Shown in pieces: positions 26,778 through 35,765 of a stretch of 64,000 nt of DNA. How positions within the stretch are numbered: position 1 is the stretch's first letter; the number at the start of each line of letters is the position of its first letter. The translations under genes and the position numbers were made by a program. This stretch comes from Phocaeicola sp. (GTDB lineage Bacteria; Bacteroidota; Bacteroidia; Bacteroidales; Bacteroidaceae), in the NCBI GenBank assembly GCA_051648565.1, contig JBOFFJ010000183.1:30993-94992 (forward strand), given 5' to 3'. The notes beneath the pieces are model-generated. The model did not search any database. It worked only from the letters and a program-made list of their open reading frames with translations, and was not told where the DNA came from.

Positions 26778-28256
26778 TTAATCGGCCATTTTTAGGAGGT
26801 CGGCAAAAGAGAGAGTAAAGGTTTCTCCATAGACCTGTTTATACTCTTGGCAGAATTTATCATAGAAGGTTTTAGCAGCAGAGTGTCTTCCTGATTTTAC
26901 GTAAGCTCTGCATTTTAAAGAGAGAGCTTGTTCATTGATACTTTCAAATTTAAGCATTACATCGGCCATTCCAATGTAGATATCGGTTGTATGATTCTCA
27001 TTCATGGTGGCCGAATAGGCTAGAAACTTATCAAAGAGTTCATTCGAGATGTTACCCTTTAATTCATCTAGCCATTCGTATGGCTGCTCAGGAAGTATAT
27101 TTCCTTGCGCAGTCAATGAACAGAGTAGTTCGATTTCCGATCTGGATCGTAATCCTACTGCTCCTAAGGTTGTACGATACTGTAAATAGTCTATAAATGC
27201 GTCCTTCGTTTGAATGCTCCAATAGCTGTCATCGTTCGTGATTTCAAAGTCGCCCACCTCTGTTAACAGGTTGCGTAGTTTTCCTAGATTTACTGCCCTG
27301 TTATTACGCGCACTGGCTACTGTTTTATCCAGCCATAGATAAGATTTCATCTTTTCGGCCGAAATCCCTTTTTTATCCGAATGGAGAATCAGAAGAGCCA
27401 GTAACTCTTTTAGAATGGGAGAGAATCGTTTGGTTATATCTTCGCCTTCTTTGTTATAGATGCGCATTCCACCAAAGAGGTAGATAGCCGATTTAGTAGG
27501 AAGTAGGGGCTTGCTTAGGTAGATAGGAGAGCTTAAAGATACCTCATTCAAGTTACTGCTTCCCTCTTTTTTTAGTTTCCGATGTCGGTAGTACATCCAT
27601 GAGAAAATCAGGATGTCAAGTACAATAATTACTATGTACCAGATAATTGAATTTCCTTTTCGTGAATCTTGGACAGCCTCTACGCTGAAATTTTGAATGG
27701 TTGGACCATCTCTCTCTTGGATGGAGTGATTAGAAGGGGTTGTATTTAGATGAATGGCAAATTTATACCCGTAATCAACCGAAAGTCCAGTCTGCCCTAT
27801 CTCAATGGTATTATTCTCTCCTACGCAGAGTTTTACCAGATCTTTGCGCATGTCGAATTCAATTAAAATGGGAATGCTAGTTGCCTCAAAAAAAGAGGAA
27901 CCTATGGGTATACTCTTTTTGGTTAGTGTCATGTTCTTACCAAAAAGAAGGTTTAAACTGTTTAATTTAGGCTCTCCATCTAGAATGAAATAGATTGTCT
28001 CTTTTTGTGAGGTAGTAGCTGATAACAAGAAGAAGCTAAAGTCGGTCGACTCTTTTCCTCTGGCTAGATTAAACCGGATGGTTACTTTTTCATCAAAATA
28101 AGAGAATTCATTCTCCGATAGAAAGGTTTCGGGATCAATCTCGATTAATCTCCTTGTTGACTCATTTCCGAGTAAATTGGTCGGTAAAATGGAGCAGATG
28201 AGCCATACAAGAAGAAGTCTACACATGAATGAACTGTTTCTAACGTTGATATGCAT
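26778..28256 (-). CDS. Membrane-anchored one-component transcriptional regulator (periplasmic sensor - TM - SARP/BTAD-like DNA-binding region)
   Basis: Signal-like N-terminus, single TM IIWYIVIIVLDILIFSWMYY, then IYLFGGMRIYNKEG.DIT..FSP.LKELL...W.DK...SARNNR.VN..KLR typical of Bacteroidetes SARP-like activators. Confidence 0.78.
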   Translation of the reverse strand: MHINVRNSSFMCRLLLVWLICSILPTNLLGNESTRRLIEIDPETFLSENEFSYFDEKVTIRFNLARGKESTDFSFFLLSATTSQKETIYFILDGEPKLNSLNLLFGKNMTLTKKSIPIGSSFFEATSIPILIEFDMRKDLVKLCVGENNTIEIGQTGLSVDYGYKFAIHLNTTPSNHSIQERDGPTIQNFSVEAVQDSRKGNSIIWYIVIIVLDILIFSWMYYRHRKLKKEGSSNLNEVSLSSPIYLSKPLLPTKSAIYLFGGMRIYNKEGEDITKRFSPILKELLALLILHSDKKGISAEKMKSYLWLDKTVASARNNRAVNLGKLRNLLTEVGDFEITNDDSYWSIQTKDAFIDYLQYRTTLGAVGLRSRSEIELLCSLTAQGNILPEQPYEWLDELKGNISNELFDKFLAYSATMNENHTTDIYIGMADVMLKFESINEQALSLKCRAYVKSGRHSAAKTFYDKFCQEYKQVYGETFTLSFADLLKMAD

Positions 28257-28363
28257 TGATAAATAGAGGTTTTACTAGCTGGCAAAGATATGATTTTTCA
28301 CGCTAATCACCAGCAGCAATAACCTCTATTATGATATCATCTTACGATTGTGAAAATGGTGCT

Positions 28364-28903
28364 CTATCCTAGTTGGTTGTATACCTCTCTGTGAATCTCC
28401 GATTTAATCTTTTTATACTCCCGCTCCATGTTGATGTTGCCATAGCTCATTAAATAGAGTGGTAGCTCTTGGCCTCCTACTCGGTAGGGGGGCTGTATAT
28501 AGGGCAGTTCGTGTAGCGTAAAATCAGCTCGTTTGTAGAAGTTGATTCTTCTGCTACTCATTTCGTCATTGGGATGCTCTACCTCTAGAATGATGGGGAG
28601 ATTTCCGGCAATCTCTTTGATTTTATCTAAGAGCTGTTTCCCATAGCCTCCGTTGCGTAGGTTAGGATCAATGGCTATATGCTCTACGTAGCAAAAAATG
28701 TCAAACTTCCACAGGTTGACAAACCCTATAAGCTGCTCTTCCTCTTCTATTATATAGCAGTGAAAGTGGGAATTGTTATCGGTATAGAAGCGTTGTGCAT
28801 CATTCTCTCTTCGTTCTACTTCGGGAAAGGCAGTCACTAATAAATTCTCTACAAAGGTATACTCCTTTTCATCGGTTGTTTTAATCTTTCTAAGTTTAAT
28901 CAT
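28364..28903 (-). CDS. GNAT family N-acetyltransferase
   Basis: YVEHIAIDPNLRNGGYG acetyl-CoA motif, ILEVE, RRINFY. Confidence 0.88.
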   Translation of the reverse strand: MIKLRKIKTTDEKEYTFVENLLVTAFPEVERRENDAQRFYTDNNSHFHCYIIEEEEQLIGFVNLWKFDIFCYVEHIAIDPNLRNGGYGKQLLDKIKEIAGNLPIILEVEHPNDEMSSRRINFYKRADFTLHELPYIQPPYRVGGQELPLYLMSYGNINMEREYKKIKSEIHREVYNQLG

Positions 28904-28906
28904 GGT

Positions 28907-30205
28907 TTACTCTTTGGGGTTAGGTTTGGTATAAAAATTAATAAGTCGCTCTAATGCCCGTTGGCATACTGGACAGAAATCGGGTGCCTCATTGGTTCGC
29001 ATACGGCAATCGGTTGTAAGGCGATAGATCCCTTTTCTGGTATATCCAGCTCCTTCGTATAGGCCTACTTGCTTGTATTTCTCTTCTCCCTGCTCTATGG
29101 GAGGTGTTGGTCGGCTTGTATGGGGAGGCACCATATCTTCCCATTTGCTTTTAAAATCGACTAGTGTGGTAATGTTCTGCTCCCAAGGCTCTACTGAATA
29201 GGGATGGTAGGGGCTGGGTTCGTCACCATAGGCATATTCATCGCCTAATCCACCAAAGCTATGTCCAAATTCATGAACGATAACGGGGCGAAATGAATCT
29301 TTATTACTGGTTGCTATGGTATAGGAGTTGTAGATTCCTCCTCCTCCATATACTGCCGCATTGGTTAGGATAATAATATGCTCATAGGGTATGTTTAATA
29401 GGGTATTGTGTAACCTCTTAATTTGGCTAGTGGTAAGGTATCTGTCCGAGTAGAAGGTATCGAAGTGAGCCCCTAGTGCGGTCTCTTTCCAATCTCCATT
29501 TCGCGGTATGCTTACCCCGCTCTCTAGGGAGGGGCTGGCCACGGCTACTACATTAAAGCTAGAACGGTGCTTGCCAAATGGTTCATGGCTAAAGATGGCA
29601 TCGCAGGTTCGCTCTGCCTCTTCGTAAAAGAGTTCCATCTCTTCGGCTCTATACCCTTCGGCTACAATGGCTATATCAATGCACTGATCGTTCTCGCCCG
29701 ACTGTAGGAGATACCGATAAGGTGTTACGCTATCATTTCCTCTTTGTTGTATCAAAATATCAGTTGGCTTTACCACGTGTGTAAATGAGGCTGTTGTTTC
29801 GTGGTATTTGTTAGTTAGCTCTACGGTAACGGCTACCTCTTTTTTAGGATAGGGTATGAGGAATACATTTTCAAAGCTACGTTGGGTGTGTGTGGCCTCC
29901 TCTTCGCAAATCCACTCTTGAAATAAACTCGAAAATGAGGTGGTGTAGATGGTTTGATTGCTCTCTTTCTCCTTTACTATAATACGTCCATTGCCAGCTA
30001 AAGGCAATTCGCTTAGTTGATGTTTTCTACCAGCCCAAGTGGGAAAAGCGAGTAGTTGGTCTAGATAGATGGCTTGGTGGGCCGAATCGCCTACAAACTG
30101 ATAGTCTAGTCGGAGTGTTTGGTTGGTGAAGTGATCGTCGAAGGTTTGTGAAAAGCTGGTCGTGCAAAAACAGCTTAACAGAGCAAGTGTTACGAAATTT
30201 TTCAT
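28907..30205 (-). CDS. Secreted M64 family metallopeptidase (IgA peptidase-like)
   Basis: Signal peptide; AEGY, FDTFYSDRYLT, YGGGG, VHEFGHSFGGLGDEY, C.MR....FC.VC. Confidence 0.9.
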   Translation of the reverse strand: MKNFVTLALLSCFCTTSFSQTFDDHFTNQTLRLDYQFVGDSAHQAIYLDQLLAFPTWAGRKHQLSELPLAGNGRIIVKEKESNQTIYTTSFSSLFQEWICEEEATHTQRSFENVFLIPYPKKEVAVTVELTNKYHETTASFTHVVKPTDILIQQRGNDSVTPYRYLLQSGENDQCIDIAIVAEGYRAEEMELFYEEAERTCDAIFSHEPFGKHRSSFNVVAVASPSLESGVSIPRNGDWKETALGAHFDTFYSDRYLTTSQIKRLHNTLLNIPYEHIIILTNAAVYGGGGIYNSYTIATSNKDSFRPVIVHEFGHSFGGLGDEYAYGDEPSPYHPYSVEPWEQNITTLVDFKSKWEDMVPPHTSRPTPPIEQGEEKYKQVGLYEGAGYTRKGIYRLTTDCRMRTNEAPDFCPVCQRALERLINFYTKPNPKE

Positions 30206-30331
30206 ATTTTCTCTTTTTTTATTTACGCTCTTCTATTAATTTATAGTAAAAGATATACTAAAAGTAATAGTTTGTGTGAATGATGTTTTGAAAAATGTAT
30301 ATCTTTGCACAAATATAAAATAATTCACGGA

Positions 30332-30802
30332 ATGGGACACCATCAATTAGACAGTTTAGATGAACAAATTTTACGCTTGATAGCGAGCAATGCGCGTATT
30401 CCTTTTTTAGAGGTAGCACGTGCTTGTAACGTATCGGGTGCAGCTATTCACCAACGTATTCAGAAGTTAACCAACTTGGGTATTCTGAAAGGGTCTGAAT
30501 ACATTATTGATCCTGAGAAGATAGGTTACGAGACTTGTGCTTACATCGGGTTGTATTTGAAAGATCCGGGTGAATTTGATGCCGTTGCAGAAGCATTGGT
30601 AAATATACCCGAAGTGGTAGAGTGCCACTATACAACAGGCCAGTATGATATGTTTATCAAAATTTACGCAAAGAACAACCACCATTTGTTGAGTGTTATT
30701 CACGATAAGCTTCAACCGCTAGGGTTGTCTCGTTCTGAGACTATTATCTCATTCAATGAGGCAATTAAGAGACAGATGCCTATCTTGAACTTAACAGACT
30801 GA
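30332..30802 (+). CDS. asnC: Lrp/AsnC family transcriptional regulator
   Basis: LDSLDEQIL.LI..NARIPF.EVAR....SGAAIHQRI HTH; -7 element TATCTTTG at 30300; start at MGHHQ. Confidence 0.9.
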   Translation: MGHHQLDSLDEQILRLIASNARIPFLEVARACNVSGAAIHQRIQKLTNLGILKGSEYIIDPEKIGYETCAYIGLYLKDPGEFDAVAEALVNIPEVVECHYTTGQYDMFIKIYAKNNHHLLSVIHDKLQPLGLSRSETIISFNEAIKRQMPILNLTD

Positions 30803-30804
30803 AA

Positions 30805-31296
30805 TTAAGGTTTACGTTCGTACGTAACAAAGCTATAGGAGTAGAGGTGCTTATCATCCGCAGGATGATCATCTCTACTTTTTGCTATCCATACGGTTGG
30901 ATCTATAGCTGGAAAGAAGGTATCAGCCTCTTTCGGAGTATCATTGATGTGTGTTACGTAGAGTCTATCCGCTTGTTTGATAGCTTCGTTGTAGAGCATG
31001 GCTCCTCCAATAATAAAGACCTCTTCTTCTGCTTTACATGTTTCCAATGCTTGGCTGAGTGAATTGAAGGCCTCTGTGTTAGGGTATTGGTGTGCACTTC
31101 TGCTTAATACCAAGTTGCGGCGATTGGGAAGTGCTCCCTTGGGGAGTGAAAGGTAGGTATTATGCCCCATAATGATGGTGTGTCCAGTAGTAAGTGCCTT
31201 GAATTGTTTAAGGTCATTGGGTAACCAGTAGAGTAATTTATTTTCAAAGCCGATAGCTTGGTTGGCTGCAATAGCCATAATCATTGAAAGAGTCAT
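30805..31296 (-). CDS. folA: Dihydrofolate reductase
   Basis: AIG..N.L...LPNDLK.FK..T.GH.IIMG..T..SLP..LP.RRN, IIGG, ADTFFP. Confidence 0.95.
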   Translation of the reverse strand: MTLSMIMAIAANQAIGFENKLLYWLPNDLKQFKALTTGHTIIMGHNTYLSLPKGALPNRRNLVLSRSAHQYPNTEAFNSLSQALETCKAEEEVFIIGGAMLYNEAIKQADRLYVTHINDTPKEADTFFPAIDPTVWIAKSRDDHPADDKHLYSYSFVTYERKP

Positions 31297-31340
31297 AAGA
31301 TAACTGTTTTTAGGATGGATAGCGTTGCTGTTAATCTAGT

Positions 31341-32135
31341 TTAAACAGCAACCTTGCCTGGTATGTGTGGGTGTGGATGGTAATCAATCAACTCAATATC
31401 ATCGTAGGTAAAATCGAAGATATTCTTGATAGCTGGGTTGAGTTTGATACGCGGAAGTGGACGCACTTCTCGTTCCAATTGCACTTGTACCTGTTCCAAG
31501 TGGTTGGTATAGATGTGTGTGTCGCCCAATGTATGTACAAAATCACCCGCTTTAAGTCCCGTTACTTGAGCTACCATCTCTAATAATAGCGCATACGAGG
31601 CGATATTAAAGGGTACGCCTAAAAAGGTATCGGCACTGCGTTGGTAGAGTTGAAGGCTCAATTTACCATCGGCTACATAGAATTGGAAGAAGGCATGGCA
31701 GGGAGGCAAATTCATGTTGGGAAGGTCTGCCACATTCCAAGCACTTACAATGATTCGTCTAGAATCGGGGTTGTGCTTAATGGTTTCGATGGCCTCACTT
31801 ATTTGGTCAATAAATCCTCCATTATAGTCGGGCCATGAACGCCATTGATAGCCATATACATGTCCCAAATCTCCATTCTCGTCTGCCCATTCGTTCCAAA
31901 TGCGCACACCGTTTTCTTGTAAATACTTCACATTGGTATCTCCTTTTAAGAACCAAAGCAATTCGTGTACAATTGATTTTAGGTGAAGTTTTTTGGTGGT
32001 GATGAGTGGAAAACCATCTTCCATAGCAAATCGCATTTGGTGTCCAAAAATACTGATGGTTCCCGTACCTGTACGGTCCTCTTTTTTTGCTCCTTCGCTT
32101 AAAATGCGTTGCAAGAGATCTTTATATTGCTTCAT
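31341..32135 (-). CDS. thyA: Thymidylate synthase
   Basis: [44 protein letters not shown]. Confidence 0.97.
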   Translation of the reverse strand: MKQYKDLLQRILSEGAKKEDRTGTGTISIFGHQMRFAMEDGFPLITTKKLHLKSIVHELLWFLKGDTNVKYLQENGVRIWNEWADENGDLGHVYGYQWRSWPDYNGGFIDQISEAIETIKHNPDSRRIIVSAWNVADLPNMNLPPCHAFFQFYVADGKLSLQLYQRSADTFLGVPFNIASYALLLEMVAQVTGLKAGDFVHTLGDTHIYTNHLEQVQVQLEREVRPLPRIKLNPAIKNIFDFTYDDIELIDYHPHPHIPGKVAV

Positions 32136-32227
32136 GTAAGTGGTGTCTAGGATGTTTATAGGTGTGCAAAGGTATCAATAATTTAGCTAGAAAGCAAAGG
32201 ATTTTTTGATACCTGCGCAAAGAGCAG

Positions 32228-32554
32228 TTAGCGAGTTGAACACGCCTTTTGTACTCCGATTAGTATGAAAGTAAGGAGTGCTACGGCTGCGGGGAGTAAG
32301 TTCTCGCCACTTAATAGATTAAAGGAGGTGGTAGCAAGCCAGTTATCAATTGCATTTAGTAAAATGGTAAATAAATCAAGCAGTATGAGTAGGTAGAAGA
32401 GTGCTACCCAGCAAAGTGCATGAACTATTTCGGATCGGTGTAAGAGGGGTTTAGGCAACTTATTTGCTACCTTTTGTGAGAAGCCATGGTTGGCTATTTC
32501 ATGCTTGTGGCTCTGCATGAATTGCTTAATGAGTTGATCTTGTTTATCCTTCAT
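32228..32554 (-). CDS. Small membrane protein (DUF5056-like, probable anti-sigma factor)
   Basis: EIANHGFSQKV..KLP followed by two TM segments; overlaps the ECF sigma stop codon. Confidence 0.65.
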   Translation of the reverse strand: MKDKQDQLIKQFMQSHKHEIANHGFSQKVANKLPKPLLHRSEIVHALCWVALFYLLILLDLFTILLNAIDNWLATTSFNLLSGENLLPAAVALLTFILIGVQKACSTR

Positions 32555-33086
32555 ATCCGTTCTGTTTTAAAAACTGAGCCAATTTTTCTTTTCCTCTTGA
32601 TAGGTGCGATTTGATGGTTCCAGTGGGTAGTCCTGTGATGGTGGCTATCTTATCAATGGGCAAATCTTCCATAAAAAAGAGGGTAATGCAGGTGCGTTCT
32701 CCCTCTTTTAGGGTGGCTAACCCTTGATAGAGGTCCATCTCTTTGCCTACATTTCGTTGTACAGTTTGGTGGTGTATATCTACCTCCCAACTTTCCAATT
32801 CCGATGTCTCCTTTTGGCTGCGAATATAGTCATAAAAAACATTGTATGCAATGCGGTAGAGCCACGTCGAGAAGCTGGAGAGATTTTTGAAAGTGGCTAG
32901 TCGCGTATAGGCTTTGATAAAGGCCTCTTGTGCTAAGTCGTTGCTCAACTCCTCATCTCCCATGGTTTGGTTCATGAAAAAACGGCGAATGGGCGATTGA
33001 TACTTTTTTACCAGCGTATCAAACGCTTGGTTGTTTTTTAGCAAAACTACCTGCGCTATCAATGCTATGTCGTTCAATTGTCCCAT
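32544..33086 (-). CDS. ECF RNA polymerase sigma-70 factor
   Basis: Region 2 DLAQEAFIKAY...FSTWLYRIAYN; region 4 IATITGLPTGTIKSHLSRG. Confidence 0.93.
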   Translation of the reverse strand: MGQLNDIALIAQVVLLKNNQAFDTLVKKYQSPIRRFFMNQTMGDEELSNDLAQEAFIKAYTRLATFKNLSSFSTWLYRIAYNVFYDYIRSQKETSELESWEVDIHHQTVQRNVGKEMDLYQGLATLKEGERTCITLFFMEDLPIDKIATITGLPTGTIKSHLSRGKEKLAQFLKQNGYEG

Positions 33087-33148
33087 TCTTTGTTGTTTGC
33101 TTCTCGTTGTAGCTTCTTATGGCTAACCCTTGTTTGTGTGAGCTTTTT

Positions 33149-33811
33149 CTAGTTGGCTGTTGAATCTTGATTCTCTTCTGGAGCTGATTTTCTTGTTGAA
33201 TCCTCTTTCTCTTTTTTCTCTATATGGGTATAAGCCATTACTACCTGTCCTACACCTATACAGATGAGCATAAAACCGATGGCTGCTAGTCCAATGCTAT
33301 CAGTTAAAAGCCATAAAAAGACCCCTAGCCCAACTCCTTGGAAGATGGATTGTATCCCTTTGTTCTTTAGCTTGTTGTTTTTGTTGTAGAAGTCGGTTGC
33401 ATCTGTAGCCTCTACTTCGTTTAAAAACTCTTTGGGTAGGGGTTGTCCAGCTGCCAATGCTTGTGACATTAATTTGTACTTGGCTTGTCTGTTTTTGTAT
33501 TTAAACCAAAGTACCAAGGCTACAATAACGATGGGAAAGCCAAAAGTGAATACAATGGCTACAATTGGAACCATTGCCGTCATCCCTTTTGCTCCTCCAA
33601 AGGTGTCGCTCCCTATTGTAGAGCTAAAGGTATAACTGTGTGTGCTATCCTCTTCGTCGGTATAGGTATCGGGTTGGTCTATCATCTCGCTTATTACCAA
33701 GGTATCCATGCGGGTGCTATCAGTAGCCGATGGTATTAATTGGATTTGTTGGGCCGATAGGGTGGTTAGTAACCCTATTACAAGTAGGCAAAGGGTGGTT
33801 ATTGTTTTCAT
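33149..33811 (-). CDS. DUF6249-like membrane protein
   Basis: Signal peptide, TM IVAIVFTFGFPIVIV, R..K......A...GQPLP, two further TMs; first gene of the ECF operon. Confidence 0.65.
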   Translation of the reverse strand: MKTITTLCLLVIGLLTTLSAQQIQLIPSATDSTRMDTLVISEMIDQPDTYTDEEDSTHSYTFSSTIGSDTFGGAKGMTAMVPIVAIVFTFGFPIVIVALVLWFKYKNRQAKYKLMSQALAAGQPLPKEFLNEVEATDATDFYNKNNKLKNKGIQSIFQGVGLGVFLWLLTDSIGLAAIGFMLICIGVGQVVMAYTHIEKKEKEDSTRKSAPEENQDSTAN

Positions 33812-33848
33812 ACTTATTTAATCTTTTTAAATTTGTTCGTTGTTTGTT

Positions 33849-33875
33849 AGACGCATCTCTTCTTCGTTTGGTTGC
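33849..33875 (-). promoter_or_regulatory. Candidate ECF-sigma promoter (GCAACC-N16-CGTCT)
   Basis: - strand TGCAACCAAACGAAGAAGAGATGCGTCTA, 38 bp upstream of the DUF6249 ATG; matches the AAC...CGT ECF pattern. Confidence 0.55.
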
Positions 33876-33943
33876 AAATAGAGTACTTATTTTTGAGAAA
33901 AACCAAATATAACCTCTATTTTTGTCCCTCTAAATAGAAGAAG

Positions 33944-35575
33944 ATGAATTTACCCGCCCCTTTTGTTGCACGCACCCGTGCACTGTTAGGTACTGAGGCG
34001 TATGCCCAGTTTCAGGCTGCTTTGTCTAGCGAAGCGCCCGTTACCATTCGTATAAACCGTACTAAGTGTAGCTACCCAGTTGCAGGAACTCCCGTACCTT
34101 GGAGTAAAGAGGGGCTCTATTTAGAGAAACGTCCTACCTTTACCTTCGATCCCCACCTTCATGCAGGAACTTACTATGTGCAAGAGGCCTCCTCTATGTT
34201 TGTGGAGCAGGCGTTGCAGCAGTATGTCACAGCACCTGCTGTGATGCTCGATCTTTGTGCCGCTCCAGGAGGGAAGTCGACTCTGGCTCGGCAAAATCTT
34301 CCAGCTGGAAGTTTGTTGGTCTCGAATGAGATTATGCGTCCTCGTGCACAGGTGCTGGCGGAGAATCTAATTAAGTGGGGAGAGCCCAATGTGGTGGTGA
34401 CCAACAATGAATCTGGCCACTTTACCTCCTTGACCGATCTGTTTGATGTGATACTAGCCGATGTACCCTGTTCGGGCGAGGGGATGTTTCGCAAAGATGC
34501 CGTGGCCATCGAAGAGTGGAGCGAAGAGAATGTAACCCTCTGTTGGAAGCGCCAGCGTGAGATCATCGCCAATATTTGGCCCTCTTTAAAGCCGGGTGGT
34601 TTGCTTATTTATAGTACCTGCACCTACAATACCGAGGAGAATGAAGAGAATGTAGCTTGGATCTCTTCCGAGTTAGGTGCCGATGTTTTGCCTTTAGAGG
34701 TCTCGGATGATTGGAATATCACTGGTAACCTGCTGAATGATTCCTTTCCTGTCTATCGTTTCATGCCGCACCGTACCGCAGGTGAAGGCTTTTTCTTGGC
34801 CTTGCTGCGTAAAAGAGAGGAGTCTGCTGCTACTCTCCCTAATGAGTCTGCTGAGAGCCGTTGTTCTGATTCCTCTCATTTAGGGGGTAAGAACCATTTC
34901 TATGCTGCAGCATCGGATGGGCTTTATGATTCTCTTTCTTCTTCCTTAGTAACAGGAGGAATAGGCTCTGATTATGGGCAGAGAAGAGATAAAAAGGGGA
35001 GAAAGCAAGAGGAGTGGGAGCGTACTTCGAAAGGGAAATCGGGTAGAGGAAAGCAATCCTCTTCAAAAGGAAAGGGTGCTCCTGTAAAAGGTTCTCCTAT
35101 AAAGAGTACTGTATCCTTACCTGCTTATTTTGCTGAATGGTTGTTGGAGAGTGAATCGTATCAATTAACCGAAGAGAGTGGGGTAGTGACTGCCTTCTCA
35201 AAAGCACATTATGCTACTTACGAACGGCTCAAATCTCACCTTAAAGTAATCCATGCTGGTATTACGTTGGGTGAGTTGAAGGGAAAGGATTACGTACCGC
35301 AGCATGCACTGGCTATGAGTGTGGCACTGAATCGAGATGCTTTTGTCACTGCCGAAGTCAATTATCAGCAAGCCATCGCTTACTTGCGTACCGAAAGCAT
35401 TGTATTGGAAGAGGGGGTGGAGCGTGGCTTTGTATTGCTTACTTACCAAGGAATACCGTTGGGTTTTGTGAAGCAAGTGGGTAATCGGGCCAACAACTTG
35501 TACCCTAATGAGTGGCGCATCCGCAGTGGTTACCTGCCCGAAGAGTTGCTGTTGGTGAGTGGGGAGGCTCAATAG
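33944..35575 (+). CDS. RsmB/RsmF (NOL1/NOP2/Sun) rRNA m5C methyltransferase with long linker insertion
   Basis: YYVQEASSM, LDLCAAPGGKS, DVPCSGEG, YSTCT; C-terminal NNLYP.EWRIR; -7 TATTTTTG at 33917. Confidence 0.9.
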   Translation: MNLPAPFVARTRALLGTEAYAQFQAALSSEAPVTIRINRTKCSYPVAGTPVPWSKEGLYLEKRPTFTFDPHLHAGTYYVQEASSMFVEQALQQYVTAPAVMLDLCAAPGGKSTLARQNLPAGSLLVSNEIMRPRAQVLAENLIKWGEPNVVVTNNESGHFTSLTDLFDVILADVPCSGEGMFRKDAVAIEEWSEENVTLCWKRQREIIANIWPSLKPGGLLIYSTCTYNTEENEENVAWISSELGADVLPLEVSDDWNITGNLLNDSFPVYRFMPHRTAGEGFFLALLRKREESAATLPNESAESRCSDSSHLGGKNHFYAAASDGLYDSLSSSLVTGGIGSDYGQRRDKKGRKQEEWERTSKGKSGRGKQSSSKGKGAPVKGSPIKSTVSLPAYFAEWLLESESYQLTEESGVVTAFSKAHYATYERLKSHLKVIHAGITLGELKGKDYVPQHALAMSVALNRDAFVTAEVNYQQAIAYLRTESIVLEEGVERGFVLLTYQGIPLGFVKQVGNRANNLYPNEWRIRSGYLPEELLLVSGEAQ

Positions 35576-35710
35576 TTCTGCTCAATGGGAGAGTTATTTA
35601 TCTGCCTATTATCGCTGTTTGACTCAGCCATTAGTTGTTAGAGTACTGTTCTAGTTGTTTGTTGGAACATGTTGTGAAGGATCGGTGTAATACTGCTCTA
35701 TTATAAAGTA

Positions 35711-35744
35711 AAAGTCCCTATAACTTCTCAGTTATAGGGACTTT
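35711..35744. terminator. Bidirectional terminator between the methyltransferase and GGGtGRT genes
   Basis: AAAGTCCCTATAACT-TCTC-AGTTATAGGGACTTT. Confidence 0.8.
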
Positions 35745-35765
35745 ATATGTTGCTAAAGTAATTTC

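Noticed and set aside
17346-28256. Classical cyanophycin utilisation cluster
   Set aside because: No cyanophycinase (CphB/S51) motif recognised and the IadA has Q at the E77 position; kept only as an alternative hypothesis
30332-30802. asnC as regulator of the nearby aspartate-related locus
   Set aside because: asnC beside folA-thyA is the ordinary Bacteroides arrangement; proximity is probably coincidental
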